This document shows, piece after piece, positions 10,501 to 17,731 of a DNA stretch of 64,000 nucleotides (position 1 is the stretch's first letter; every line of letters starts with the position of its first letter). The position numbers and the translations under genes are program-made. This DNA comes from an uncultured Gammaproteobacteria bacterium (lineage in GTDB: Bacteria; Patescibacteriota; Patescibacteriia; Magasanikbacterales; UBA922): contig CAZFUL010000003.1 in assembly GCA_964522435.1 (NCBI GenBank), positions 57,542 to 121,541 of the forward strand. The letters run 5' to 3'. The notes beneath the pieces were generated by a model. The model ran no database searches. It was not told where the DNA came from and saw only the letters and a program-made list of their open reading frames with translations.

Positions 10501-10948
10501 AGAAGACATTGCGCATATTAAAGAGGCGCAGATACAATTTGTTCGTATTGCTGGAGAGGTTACAGAAGCAAAGTCTTCGTATTTGTATGTGGATGATGGG
10601 ACGGATGAAATAAAAATATATCTAAAAAAAGGAGCAAACGTTCCTAAAAAGTTTGTCTCTGTGGGAGACCTTGTTGACGTTACGGGTATATTGATTACGA
10701 GTGGAGAAGAATTACAACTCTTACCCAGATCGTCAAAAGATATAATAAAAACCGGCGTTGTAGAAGAATCAATTATTGATAAAGGAATAGGAGATTCAGT
10801 GAACGAGGGAAGTGTTGCACAAACATATTTAACAGCAACTGCTGGAGGTATTAGTTCATTGCTACTCGGCATGTTAGCTAAAGTGCACGGCGCTACTATT
10901 TGGAGGAGAACAACGTACGTGCTAGAAAAAATTATTCGGCGTGCATAA
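7568..10948 (+). CDS. Surface protein with five lamin-tail domains, a PKD domain and two OB-folds
   Basis: Five (I/V)(N/S/T)E..(P)..EW/FIEL.N..LNN.GD units; PKD FFWDLGD..HRYTQPGIYTIQLTV; C-terminal OB-like VDD(GT) segments; N- and C-terminal hydrophobic anchors. Confidence 0.85.
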   Translation: MRYRIFIVGILVLIGVLGIFYNSYTQGSAIIISEIGASEASGLEWIELYNRSNEAIDVTDWIFFEAETNHTLTLVQGTSTIQAKEFFVVAQDSTQLLERDALSGITVFDSAWGSLNEKGESLAIKDQIGNIVEQFVYIASSNFSLEKIDLDAFIYSAENWKEHPTGHSLGKENYWSSVPTEDLPPENEGEPDVQEHGFIPIVINEVVSDPESGGEWIELLSLATTSVQVANWEIYDSSGKIATVSSTLEPGSFFVVELARSVLNNTGDTVILRNHTGIEVERIVYGVADGAVVSAPQKGQSIARTMPASGEFVITTTITKGEKNSIVFPVPEEGSSPQEPPASPSSTPTPTGVIGDIVINELVSDPADDSEEFIELYNSTQATVSIDGWYIEDGSEGKTVLQGNIPGQGFFVVEKPKGSLNNAGDLVLLFDAYRDQMDSVAYGSWDDGNKADNAPVAKDPQSLSRKSDGSDTDYDYHDFVITDVVTPGESNRIHESGMLGQGIYTKDLRISELFPNPKGSDTEQEFIELFNYGEIPIALQGWQMGDNSKKIFRFTDNHEIHPFSYLLLYRSETGISLNNSGTEEVHVFAPNGEIIDSLQYSGSVKEESSFARFGDTRTDWTTLATPGKENVLQGQAAAPQIVFQSIPDAFVNEPISFDASDTIDEDSDSLSFFWDLGDTTTSSNESFIHRYTQPGIYTIQLTVQDSEANSSTMQRMIRISDVIGATEQFATSSYHALRITELVPNPEGTDDTEFIELFNAGFVDIDISDLFLDDEDGGSKPYRFPSGTSIAAQSYRVFSRTETKLALNNTADHVRLLSKEKDILLDVAYDGSVEGAAYVLDDVGNWVWSQRITPGEISYVEELDIILSSTKKNNKEKIVLSTTIAGAKQQDVGDMVDVYGVVAVEPGVFGTQYFYMVDEEQQAIQVYMYKKDFPSLSIGDGMYVRGELAMTKGEWRIKTSDKEDIRAHDHPNLEDIMTEDIAHIKEAQIQFVRIAGEVTEAKSSYLYVDDGTDEIKIYLKKGANVPKKFVSVGDLVDVTGILITSGEELQLLPRSSKDIIKTGVVEESIIDKGIGDSVNEGSVAQTYLTATAGGISSLLLGMLAKVHGATIWRRTTYVLEKIIRRA

Positions 10949-11012
10949 AAACATAACAGAAACAAAAAAATTTGTTATACTACAAGACATTATATAGTAT
11001 AACAATATATGT

Positions 11013-12707
11013 ATGATTGATTCTGTTTTTGCTCAGCTCAGTATATTACTTGGGATTACGGTCACTATCGCTTGTGTGATGCGTTTTCTCCGACAACCAT
11101 TAATGGTTGGGTATCTCATATCAGGTATTATTGCTGGACCCTTTGTCTTAAATATTTTTCAAGGACATACGGAACTGTTTGATGCCTTAGCAGAGTTAGG
11201 TGTAGTGTTGTTGCTTTTTGTTGTTGGTCTTAGTTTAAATTTTGATCATATCAAAAGAATTGGGAAAGTGTCTTTGATTGCTGGAGTATCCCAAGTATTA
11301 TTTACCTGTATTTTTGGGTTTTTAATGCTCTTTTTCTTTTTAAACATGGGTTTTTCTTCTGCCTTGTATTTAGCCATAGCAATTACTTTTTCAAGTACTA
11401 TTATTATCATTAAGTTATTGACCGATAAAAAAGATACAGAATCGGTATATGGGCGATATACCATTGGTCTCATGATTGTTCAAGATCTTATCGCGTTATT
11501 TATTATTGTTTTATTGACCTCGTTCAGTGAAGGGGTAACGGGCATGGAATTTATCAGTGCTCTTTTATTAAAAGTGATTGTGTTGTCGGCCTTTGTCTTT
11601 TTTATGGGGCGCTACATTATTCCTCGTGTCATGCCCCATGTTGCTTCTTCATCAGAATTCTTATTTTTATTTACCGTTGCGTGGTGTTTTGGTATTGCCA
11701 GTCTGTTATTTTGGCTAGGTTTTTCTGCGGAAGTAGGTGCACTTATTGCTGGTCTCACATTGGGATCTTCTCCGTATCAGGCAGAAATAAGTAGTCGAGT
11801 AAAGCCGTTACGAGATTTTTTTATTGTGTTATTTTTTATCATTTTGGGAAGTGAATTACACTTAGGAAATATTGGTGATTCACTTATCCCCGGAATTGTA
11901 TTATCCCTCTTTATTTTGATTGGAAACCCACTTATTTTTTATTGGGTATTTCGTCGGTTAAAATTTACTCGACGTAATAGTTTTTTAGCAGGGCTTACTG
12001 CAGCACAGGTGAGTGAGTTTGGTTTCGTGTTATTGCTTACTGGAAAAAAATTAGGTCATATACAAGGGACCGAGATGGAAATATTTACTCTTGTTGCCCT
12101 AGGGACGATTATTATCTCTTCCTATCTGATTACCTATAATGAAAAAATATATCATTGGCTTATGCCGGTGTTTACTCTTTTTGGAAAAGATAAGTATCGT
12201 CAAAAAGAAGAAAAAGAAGCAAGTTATGATGTGTGGCTTTTTGGCTATCATCGCTTAGGGTGGAAAATTTATGAGGCCTTACAACAAAAAGGAATGAGCG
12301 TGGGTGTTGTAGATTTTAATCCAACAACAATTCAAAAATTAAAAGATCGGAATATTCCTGCATACTTTGGGGATGCGGGCGATGTAGAATTTTTAGATCA
12401 ATTGCCTCTTCATAAAGCAAAAATGATTATCTCTACTATGCCGGATGTTGATGATCAAGTGACGCTTATAAAGCATGTGAAAGCAAAGAGTGAAAAACCT
12501 CTTTGTGTGGCAACGACCTATCATTTGGATTATATGCACCAGTTATATGGTGCTGGTGCACACTATGTACTTATGCCTCATGTTATTGGAGGAACCTGGT
12601 TTGCAGAACAATTAGAGGGATCAGCGTGGACTAAAAAAACATTTGCGTTATTAAAAAAACAGCAGAAAGAAGAATTACAGATGAGAGAACATTCTGGTAT
12701 AGCCTAA
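11013..12707 (+). CDS. CPA2/Kef-type cation:proton antiporter with TrkA-N (KTN) domain
   Basis: Multi-TM N-terminus with FSSTIII, IVQD and QVSEF motifs; C-terminal GYHRLG...YFGDA Rossmann fold. Confidence 0.92.
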   Translation: MIDSVFAQLSILLGITVTIACVMRFLRQPLMVGYLISGIIAGPFVLNIFQGHTELFDALAELGVVLLLFVVGLSLNFDHIKRIGKVSLIAGVSQVLFTCIFGFLMLFFFLNMGFSSALYLAIAITFSSTIIIIKLLTDKKDTESVYGRYTIGLMIVQDLIALFIIVLLTSFSEGVTGMEFISALLLKVIVLSAFVFFMGRYIIPRVMPHVASSSEFLFLFTVAWCFGIASLLFWLGFSAEVGALIAGLTLGSSPYQAEISSRVKPLRDFFIVLFFIILGSELHLGNIGDSLIPGIVLSLFILIGNPLIFYWVFRRLKFTRRNSFLAGLTAAQVSEFGFVLLLTGKKLGHIQGTEMEIFTLVALGTIIISSYLITYNEKIYHWLMPVFTLFGKDKYRQKEEKEASYDVWLFGYHRLGWKIYEALQQKGMSVGVVDFNPTTIQKLKDRNIPAYFGDAGDVEFLDQLPLHKAKMIISTMPDVDDQVTLIKHVKAKSEKPLCVATTYHLDYMHQLYGAGAHYVLMPHVIGGTWFAEQLEGSAWTKKTFALLKKQQKEELQMREHSGIA

Positions 12708-12718
12708 AAAATAGATAA

Positions 12719-12748
12719 TAAAAAGCCCCGATTATATCGGGGCTTTTT
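12719..12748. terminator. Bidirectional terminator; variant of the CCCCGAT palindrome
   Basis: AAAAAGCCCCGATTATATCGGGGCTTTTT between the convergent antiporter and tRNA operon. Confidence 0.85.
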
Positions 12749-12749
12749 G

Positions 12750-12823
12750 TCGGAGTGATAGGACTCGAACCTACGACCTCATGGTCCCAAACCACGCGCT
12801 CTAGCCAACTGAGCTACACTCCG
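12750..12823 (-). tRNA. tRNA-Pro(TGG), CCA not encoded
   Basis: CGGAGTGTAGCTCAGTTGG...CGTGG-TTTGGGA-CCATG...GTTCGAGTCC..CACTCCGA cloverleaf. Confidence 0.97.
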
Positions 12824-12912
12824 CCTATGCCTTCGCTACGCTCAGGCTTCGGCGGACATGTCCGCTATTTATAATGAAGCTTCGCGTATAAGAAATTTTC
12901 TTAGCAAAGGAG

Positions 12913-12984
12913 TGCCGAGGGGCAGGATCGAACTGCCGACACGAGGATTTTCAGTCCTCTGCTCTACCACTGAGCTACCTCGGC
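12913..12984 (-). tRNA. tRNA-Phe(GAA), CCA not encoded
   Basis: GCCGAGGTAGCTCAGTGG...GAGGA-CTGAAAA-TCCTC...GTTCGATC..CCTCGGCA. Confidence 0.97.
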
Positions 12985-13071
12985 CTTATAAAACAAGTAA
13001 CAGGTAACTTGTAACAGCTAACGTCTCGTCGGAGCTTGTTAATTGTTAAAAATTACCTGTTACTTGTTATT

Positions 13072-13147
13072 TGGTGGACCAGAGAGGATTCGAACCCCCT
13101 ACCTCCTCGGTGCAAACGAGGCGCTCTACCAAGTGAGCTACTGGCCC
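13072..13147 (-). tRNA. tRNA-Ala(TGC), CCA encoded
   Basis: GGGCCAG...CCTCG-TTTGCAC-CGAGG...CTGGTCCACCA; G3:U70 Ala identity pair. Confidence 0.97.
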
Positions 13148-13170
13148 ATAATGTAAATTTATGTGCGAGA

Positions 13171-13199
13171 AGTATAGCAATACACGATAAAGAAGTCAA
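13171..13199 (-). promoter_or_regulatory. Promoter of the tRNA Ala-Phe-Pro operon
   Basis: TTGACT-17-TATACT with TG extended -10. Confidence 0.8.
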
Positions 13200-13276
13200 T
13201 AGAATATACACAGTTGAGAGTTTTATCAATACCCTCTATGATAGAGGGGGTATTGTATATATTATTTTTATGATCT

Positions 13277-14926
13277 ATGAAAGCTGCTGATTTATTAGTA
13301 AAAGCCTTGGAACATGAAGGAGTAAGTTTTATTGTGGGTGTTCCTGGAGAAGAAAATTTGGATGTTGTTGAGTCACTCCGACAATCACGCATCACCCTTA
13401 TCCCTACGCGTCATGAACAGAGTGCGGGATTTATTGCCGCAACCGTAGGAAGGTTAACAGGAAAACCCGGGGTTGCTCTTTCTACCCTTGGGCCGGGCGC
13501 AACTAATTTTGCAACAGCCGCTGCCTATGCAACGTTGGGGGGGATGCCCCTACTTATGATTACCGGACAAAAACCAATTCATTCAAGTAAGCAAGGACAT
13601 TTTCAAATTCTTGATATTGTACAAATGATGCAGCCCTTATGTAAGTCTACGAAACAAATAACGAATGCAAATATGCTTGCTGCTACGGTGCGAGAGTCAT
13701 TTCGTATTGCTACAGAAGAGCGTCCCGGCGCCGTACATATTGAGTTGCCTGAAGACATTGCTGCGGAAGATACCTCCCTGACGACATTATTTCCTATCAC
13801 AAAAATTCGTCGTCCTATTGCCGAACAGAAAGCCATTCAACAAGCTGTAGAGAGTATCCGTGCTGCGAAACATCCCCTGTTGTTGATTGGTGCTGGAGCA
13901 AATAGAAAATTAACCTCAACCATGCTTCTTGAATTTATTGAACAAACACAGATTCCATTTTTTAATACGCAAATGGGGAAAGGGGTTGTTGATGAACGTC
14001 ATCCCTGTTTCATCGGGACTGCCGCTTTGAGTAGTAATGATCTCATCCATAAAGCGGTTGAACATGCCGATGTTATTATCAATATTGGGCATGATGTGGT
14101 AGAAAAACCGCCGTTTATCATGAACAGAGAACAACAGGTTATTCATATAAATTTTTATGGTGCAAAAGTTGATAACATTTATTTTCCCCAAGTAGAAGTA
14201 ATTGGCGATATTGCAAACGCAATTTGGCAAATCAAAGAAGGTTTGCGAGCTCAGCAATCTGAACAGACTTGGGATACCTCTTTTTTCTTTCAAATAAAAC
14301 AGGCAATTGATACACATATCGCTCGAGATACGCAGAACCCAGCGTTTCCTCTTATTCCCCAGCGCATTGTTGCTGATGTACGAAAAATAATGCCAGAAGA
14401 TGGTATTGTTGCGCTCGATAATGGTATGTATAAACTTTGGTTTGCACGTAATTATCGTACGTATGCGTCTAATACGTTGTTATTAGATAACGCGCTTGCA
14501 ACTATGGGGGCAGGATTGCCAAGTGCTATGGCAGCAAAAATGATATATCCGGATAAAGCCGTCCTTGCCGTGTGTGGTGATGGAGGCTTTATGATGAATT
14601 CTCAAGAAATAGAAACCGCGTTACGGTTGCAACTGCATTTGGTTATTTTAATTTTAGATGATGGAGGGTATGGCATGATTAAATGGAAGCAGGAGCTTGG
14701 TGGTTTTATTAATTATGGGTTAGATTTTCATAATCCAGATTTTGTACGCTATGCAGAAAGTTATGGTGCGTATGGCTATAGAGTGACGCATGCTGATGAA
14801 TTGTGCACCCTTATGACTAAGGCATTTGCTATTCCTGGTGTTCACATTATTGATGTTCCGATTGATTATCGACCGAATATAGATGTGTTATCCACAGAAC
14901 TTATGGAGTTAACAAAACAGGTATGA
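13277..14926 (+). CDS. ThDP-dependent acetolactate-synthase-like protein (probable 2-oxoacid decarboxylase)
   Basis: GVPGEENL, TRHEQ, STLGPGATN, GDGGFMMNSQE ThDP motif; no small subunit or ilvC nearby. Confidence 0.88.
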   Translation: MKAADLLVKALEHEGVSFIVGVPGEENLDVVESLRQSRITLIPTRHEQSAGFIAATVGRLTGKPGVALSTLGPGATNFATAAAYATLGGMPLLMITGQKPIHSSKQGHFQILDIVQMMQPLCKSTKQITNANMLAATVRESFRIATEERPGAVHIELPEDIAAEDTSLTTLFPITKIRRPIAEQKAIQQAVESIRAAKHPLLLIGAGANRKLTSTMLLEFIEQTQIPFFNTQMGKGVVDERHPCFIGTAALSSNDLIHKAVEHADVIINIGHDVVEKPPFIMNREQQVIHINFYGAKVDNIYFPQVEVIGDIANAIWQIKEGLRAQQSEQTWDTSFFFQIKQAIDTHIARDTQNPAFPLIPQRIVADVRKIMPEDGIVALDNGMYKLWFARNYRTYASNTLLLDNALATMGAGLPSAMAAKMIYPDKAVLAVCGDGGFMMNSQEIETALRLQLHLVILILDDGGYGMIKWKQELGGFINYGLDFHNPDFVRYAESYGAYGYRVTHADELCTLMTKAFAIPGVHIIDVPIDYRPNIDVLSTELMELTKQV

Positions 14927-16290
14927 CCACAGAACAAATAAATCCTGCGACAGGAGAAGCTATCGATAGTTATTCATATATGGATTTTTCTGTTGTTGAA
15001 ACTATGTTGCACAACATGCAAGTAGCCCAACATGTTTGGAAAGAACAATCCTTTCAATACAAAGCAGTCTGCTTTCGGTCACTTGCAACATTGTTACGAG
15101 CAGAAAAAGAATCTTGTGCCCGCATGATTACTCGCGAGATGGGAAAAGCAATAACAGAATCTTTTGCCGAAGTGGAAAAGTGTGCAACGTTGGCTGAGTA
15201 TCTTGCAGAACATGCGGAATCTTGGTTAAAACCGAGAACATTGCATGCTGATGGAAAAAAACATGAGTTGCACTTTGACCCCTTGGGGATCATTTGTTTA
15301 GTGATGCCATGGAACTTTCCATTTTGGCAGCCCCTAAAGGTTGGTTTACCGCCACTTTTAGCAGGGAATGCCATCGTGTTAAAACACGCAAAAAATGTTA
15401 GTGGCAGTAGTCTCTTATTAGAGAGGCTTATGGTACAGGCCGGATTTCCTAAAGATATATTTCGTAGTATTATTGTTGATCATTCTGTGTTAGCGCAAGT
15501 AATAGCACACCCAGCGATTGCGGCGGGTTCATTAACAGGAAGTGAAAAAGCTGGTTCTATCTTTGCGGCTCAAGCTGGAAAACAGCTCAAAAAAGTCGTA
15601 ATGGAATTGGGTGGCTCTGATGTGGCGATTGTTTGTAAGGATGCGGACATTCCTTTAGCTGCAAAAGGAATAGCAAAAGGGAGAATGATGAATGCTGGAC
15701 AGGTCTGTATTGCAACAAAACGTATTCTTGTTCATCAATCAATTGAAGTTCAATTTCTACAAGCGCTTGTGCAAGAAGTACGTGCACTGCGCGTAGGTGA
15801 TCCAGAACAAGATGCTATTGATATGGGGCCATTGGTGAATGAACAAGCGGTTAAGGATATGGAATCATTTGTAGAAGACGCATTAAATCAAGGAGCGCAT
15901 TGTGTGTTAGGCGGAAAGCGAATTAACCAATCCGGAGCATATTTTGAACCAACAATTCTTACAAACGTAACACCAAACATGCGAGTGATGCGTGAAGAAG
16001 TATTTGGACCAATTGCTCCTGTCATGGCTTTTACAAATGAGGAAGAAGCAATCACTGTTGCCAATAACAGTACCTATGGATTATCTGCAACTGTGTGGAC
16101 TCGGGATATGCAACAAGGAGAACGGATAGCAAAAGCACTTCAAACAGGATCTGTATTTATTAACTCCTTATCAAAAACTGACCCACGACTTCCTGTGGGT
16201 GGCATAAAGAATAGCGGTTTTGGTCGCGAGTTATCCGAATATGGTATTCGAGAGTTTGTGAACATAAAAACAATAAATGTTTACTCATAG
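14923..16290 (+). CDS. NAD(P)-dependent aldehyde dehydrogenase, succinate-semialdehyde dehydrogenase (Sad/GabD1)-like
   Basis: MPWNFP, LKHA, TGS, ELGGSD, catalytic GQVC, EEVFGP; ATGA-coupled to the upstream gene. Confidence 0.9.
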   Translation: MTTEQINPATGEAIDSYSYMDFSVVETMLHNMQVAQHVWKEQSFQYKAVCFRSLATLLRAEKESCARMITREMGKAITESFAEVEKCATLAEYLAEHAESWLKPRTLHADGKKHELHFDPLGIICLVMPWNFPFWQPLKVGLPPLLAGNAIVLKHAKNVSGSSLLLERLMVQAGFPKDIFRSIIVDHSVLAQVIAHPAIAAGSLTGSEKAGSIFAAQAGKQLKKVVMELGGSDVAIVCKDADIPLAAKGIAKGRMMNAGQVCIATKRILVHQSIEVQFLQALVQEVRALRVGDPEQDAIDMGPLVNEQAVKDMESFVEDALNQGAHCVLGGKRINQSGAYFEPTILTNVTPNMRVMREEVFGPIAPVMAFTNEEEAITVANNSTYGLSATVWTRDMQQGERIAKALQTGSVFINSLSKTDPRLPVGGIKNSGFGRELSEYGIREFVNIKTINVYS

Positions 16291-16299
16291 TGGTATAAT

Positions 16300-16332
16300 A
16301 AAAAACCAGCGTAACGTCCACGCTGGTTTTTT
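16300..16332. terminator. Bidirectional terminator
   Basis: AAAAAACCAGCGT..ACGCTGGTTTTTT between convergent genes. Confidence 0.85.
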
Positions 16333-16333
16333 A

Positions 16334-16546
16334 TTATACGAGTCGATCAATCGTATAATGGGTAATGGTAATAATGGCAATTCCTAGTAGGAGTGAAAAA
16401 AGATAACTCATGGGAAGATTCCCTGGAAGCAGATACATATCTAAAAATCCCCAAATACCCCGCCATAAACCAATTAAACCAGAAAGAATAATTAAGTTAA
16501 AAACTAATTGATGATGTTTTTTAAGTTTAAATAATTTTTTTAGCAT
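16334..16546 (-). CDS. Small two-TM membrane protein
   Basis: 70 aa with LWRGIWGFLD motif and two hydrophobic helices; TGCTATACT upstream. Confidence 0.7.
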   Translation of the reverse strand: MLKKLFKLKKHHQLVFNLIILSGLIGLWRGIWGFLDMYLLPGNLPMSYLFSLLLGIAIITITHYTIDRLV

Positions 16547-16636
16547 AGAAAAATGAACATATCTCGGTAACGTACATAGTATAGCACAGTGTTAAAAAAA
16601 ACGCCTTGGTGGTATTCTATCTAAAATAGATGTTAT

Positions 16637-16891
16637 ATGTTTTATCATCCTATGGAAAATAAAAAAATAATTGTTGGAGGGATATATCAGCATTATAAAC
16701 GTCTTTCTTTGTATCAGATTGTCGCTCTTGCATTACATAGTGAAACAAAAGAAGAGATGGTGGTGTATCAATCAATAGATAAGGAAACAGAATATTGGGT
16801 GCGTCCCCTCGCGTTGTTTTGTGAAAATGTTATTGTTGATGGTATTTCACAACCACGCTTTCGCTATATAAAAATGAATATCTCTCTCTAA
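16637..16891 (+). CDS. DUF1653 domain protein
   Basis: GIYQHYK..Y.IVALALHSET.EEMVVY...WVRPL..F. Confidence 0.88.
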   Translation: MFYHPMENKKIIVGGIYQHYKRLSLYQIVALALHSETKEEMVVYQSIDKETEYWVRPLALFCENVIVDGISQPRFRYIKMNISL

Positions 16892-16966
16892 AACAAAGAA
16901 CTCTCCTTACTTAAGAGGAGAGTTCTTTTTTTGCCATACAGTGCTAGGGGAAACTGTATAGTTATG
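16891..16966 (-). ncRNA. Candidate ~75-nt small RNA
   Basis: Strong promoter immediately upstream; 9-bp hairpin with a C-rich loop; terminator hairpin; no ORF longer than 8 codons seen. Confidence 0.55.
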
Positions 16967-16971
16967 GAATA

Positions 16972-17000
16972 ATTATAGCAGTTCTTAAAAAAGAACTCAA
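16972..17000 (-). promoter_or_regulatory. Strong sigma70 promoter, divergent from tRNA-Gly
   Basis: TTGAGT-17-TATAAT with TG extended -10. Confidence 0.75.
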
Positions 17001-17046
17001 TTAGCTACAAGCGTGGGTGTGGATATTCTTTTTTCTTCTGTGGCGA

Positions 17047-17075
17047 TTGACAAATTTGAAACAAGTACGTATACT
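17047..17075 (+). promoter_or_regulatory. Promoter of the tRNA Gly-fMet-Gly operon
   Basis: TTGACA-17-TATACT. Confidence 0.88.
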
Positions 17076-17095
17076 ACGCCTCGTAGCAAATAGCT

Positions 17096-17167
17096 GCGGA
17101 TGTCGTATAATGGTTATTATCTCGGCCTTCCAAGCCGATGACGCCGGTTCGATTCCGGTCATCCGCT
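17096..17167 (+). tRNA. tRNA-Gly(TCC)
   Basis: GCGGATG...TCGGC-CTTCCAA-GCCGA...GTTCGATTCC..CATCCGCT. Confidence 0.96.
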
Positions 17168-17256
17168 CTCGGTAGCAATAAACATTTAGCTATTGACAAT
17201 TGACGTGTTTTCAAAGATAGTGAGTTGGTAGTAGCTAAATGTTTATTGTTAGTTAT

Positions 17257-17329
17257 AGCGAGATAGAGCAATTGGCAGCTCGTCGGGCCCATAACCCGAA
17301 GGTTCCAGGTTCGAGTCCTGGTCTCGCAA
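17257..17329 (+). tRNA. Initiator tRNA-fMet(CAT)
   Basis: A1:A72 mismatch; three G-C pairs in the anticodon stem (TCGGG-CCCATAA-CCCGA); T-loop GTTCGAGT. Confidence 0.93.
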
Positions 17330-17340
17330 CAAAAGCCTAT

Positions 17341-17414
17341 GCGGTAATAGCTCAGCTGGCTAGAGCGCCTCCTTGCCAAGGAGGAGGTCGCCGGTTCGAA
17401 TCCGGTTTACCGCT
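17341..17414 (+). tRNA. tRNA-Gly(GCC)
   Basis: GCGGTAA...CCTCC-TTGCCAA-GGAGG...GTTCGAATCC..TTACCGCT. Confidence 0.97.
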
Positions 17415-17425
17415 CACATGGATAG

Positions 17426-17456
17426 AAAAAACACCCAGTAGCATGGGTGTTTTTTT
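17426..17456. terminator. Bidirectional terminator after the tRNA operon
   Basis: AAAAAACACCCA-GTAGCA-TGGGTGTTTTTTT. Confidence 0.85.
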
Positions 17457-17487
17457 GTATAAGGGGGGTGGGTAGAAAATAGAGAGG

Positions 17488-17700
17488 TTAACATTCTTCC
17501 CATCGACTGTCGTTTGCTGTCTCTCGAGCAAGACGAGGAGTACGACAGTTTGCGCACACAATAGAACAGTCTACCCAACTGTCTGTGTGGATATTCGGGT
17601 TTTCCGTGGCAAACGTTATGGTAGCAACAAGTGCGTTGCTTTTGCCACACCCTGAACACAATTTTTTCGCGTACGCGCGATATTTTTTATACCATGGCAC
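17488..17700 (-). CDS. Small putative zinc-finger protein (70 aa, GTG start)
   Basis: CSGC...CANC pairs; AAGGAG 8 nt upstream of GTG at 17700; own promoter; this start avoids overlap with epmA. Confidence 0.6.
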   Translation of the reverse strand: MPWYKKYRAYAKKLCSGCGKSNALVATITFATENPNIHTDSWVDCSIVCANCRTPRLARETANDSRWEEC

Positions 17701-17731
17701 GTAGCCTTCTCCTTTTTCTCTTGTTTGCGCA

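Noticed and set aside
14888-14896. Perfect DnaA box TTATCCACA
   Set aside because: A single copy inside a coding region with no cluster; not evidence of oriC
17074-17659. Several short ORFs over the tRNA cluster (also 13036..13290)
   Set aside because: They overlap clear tRNA genes and terminators
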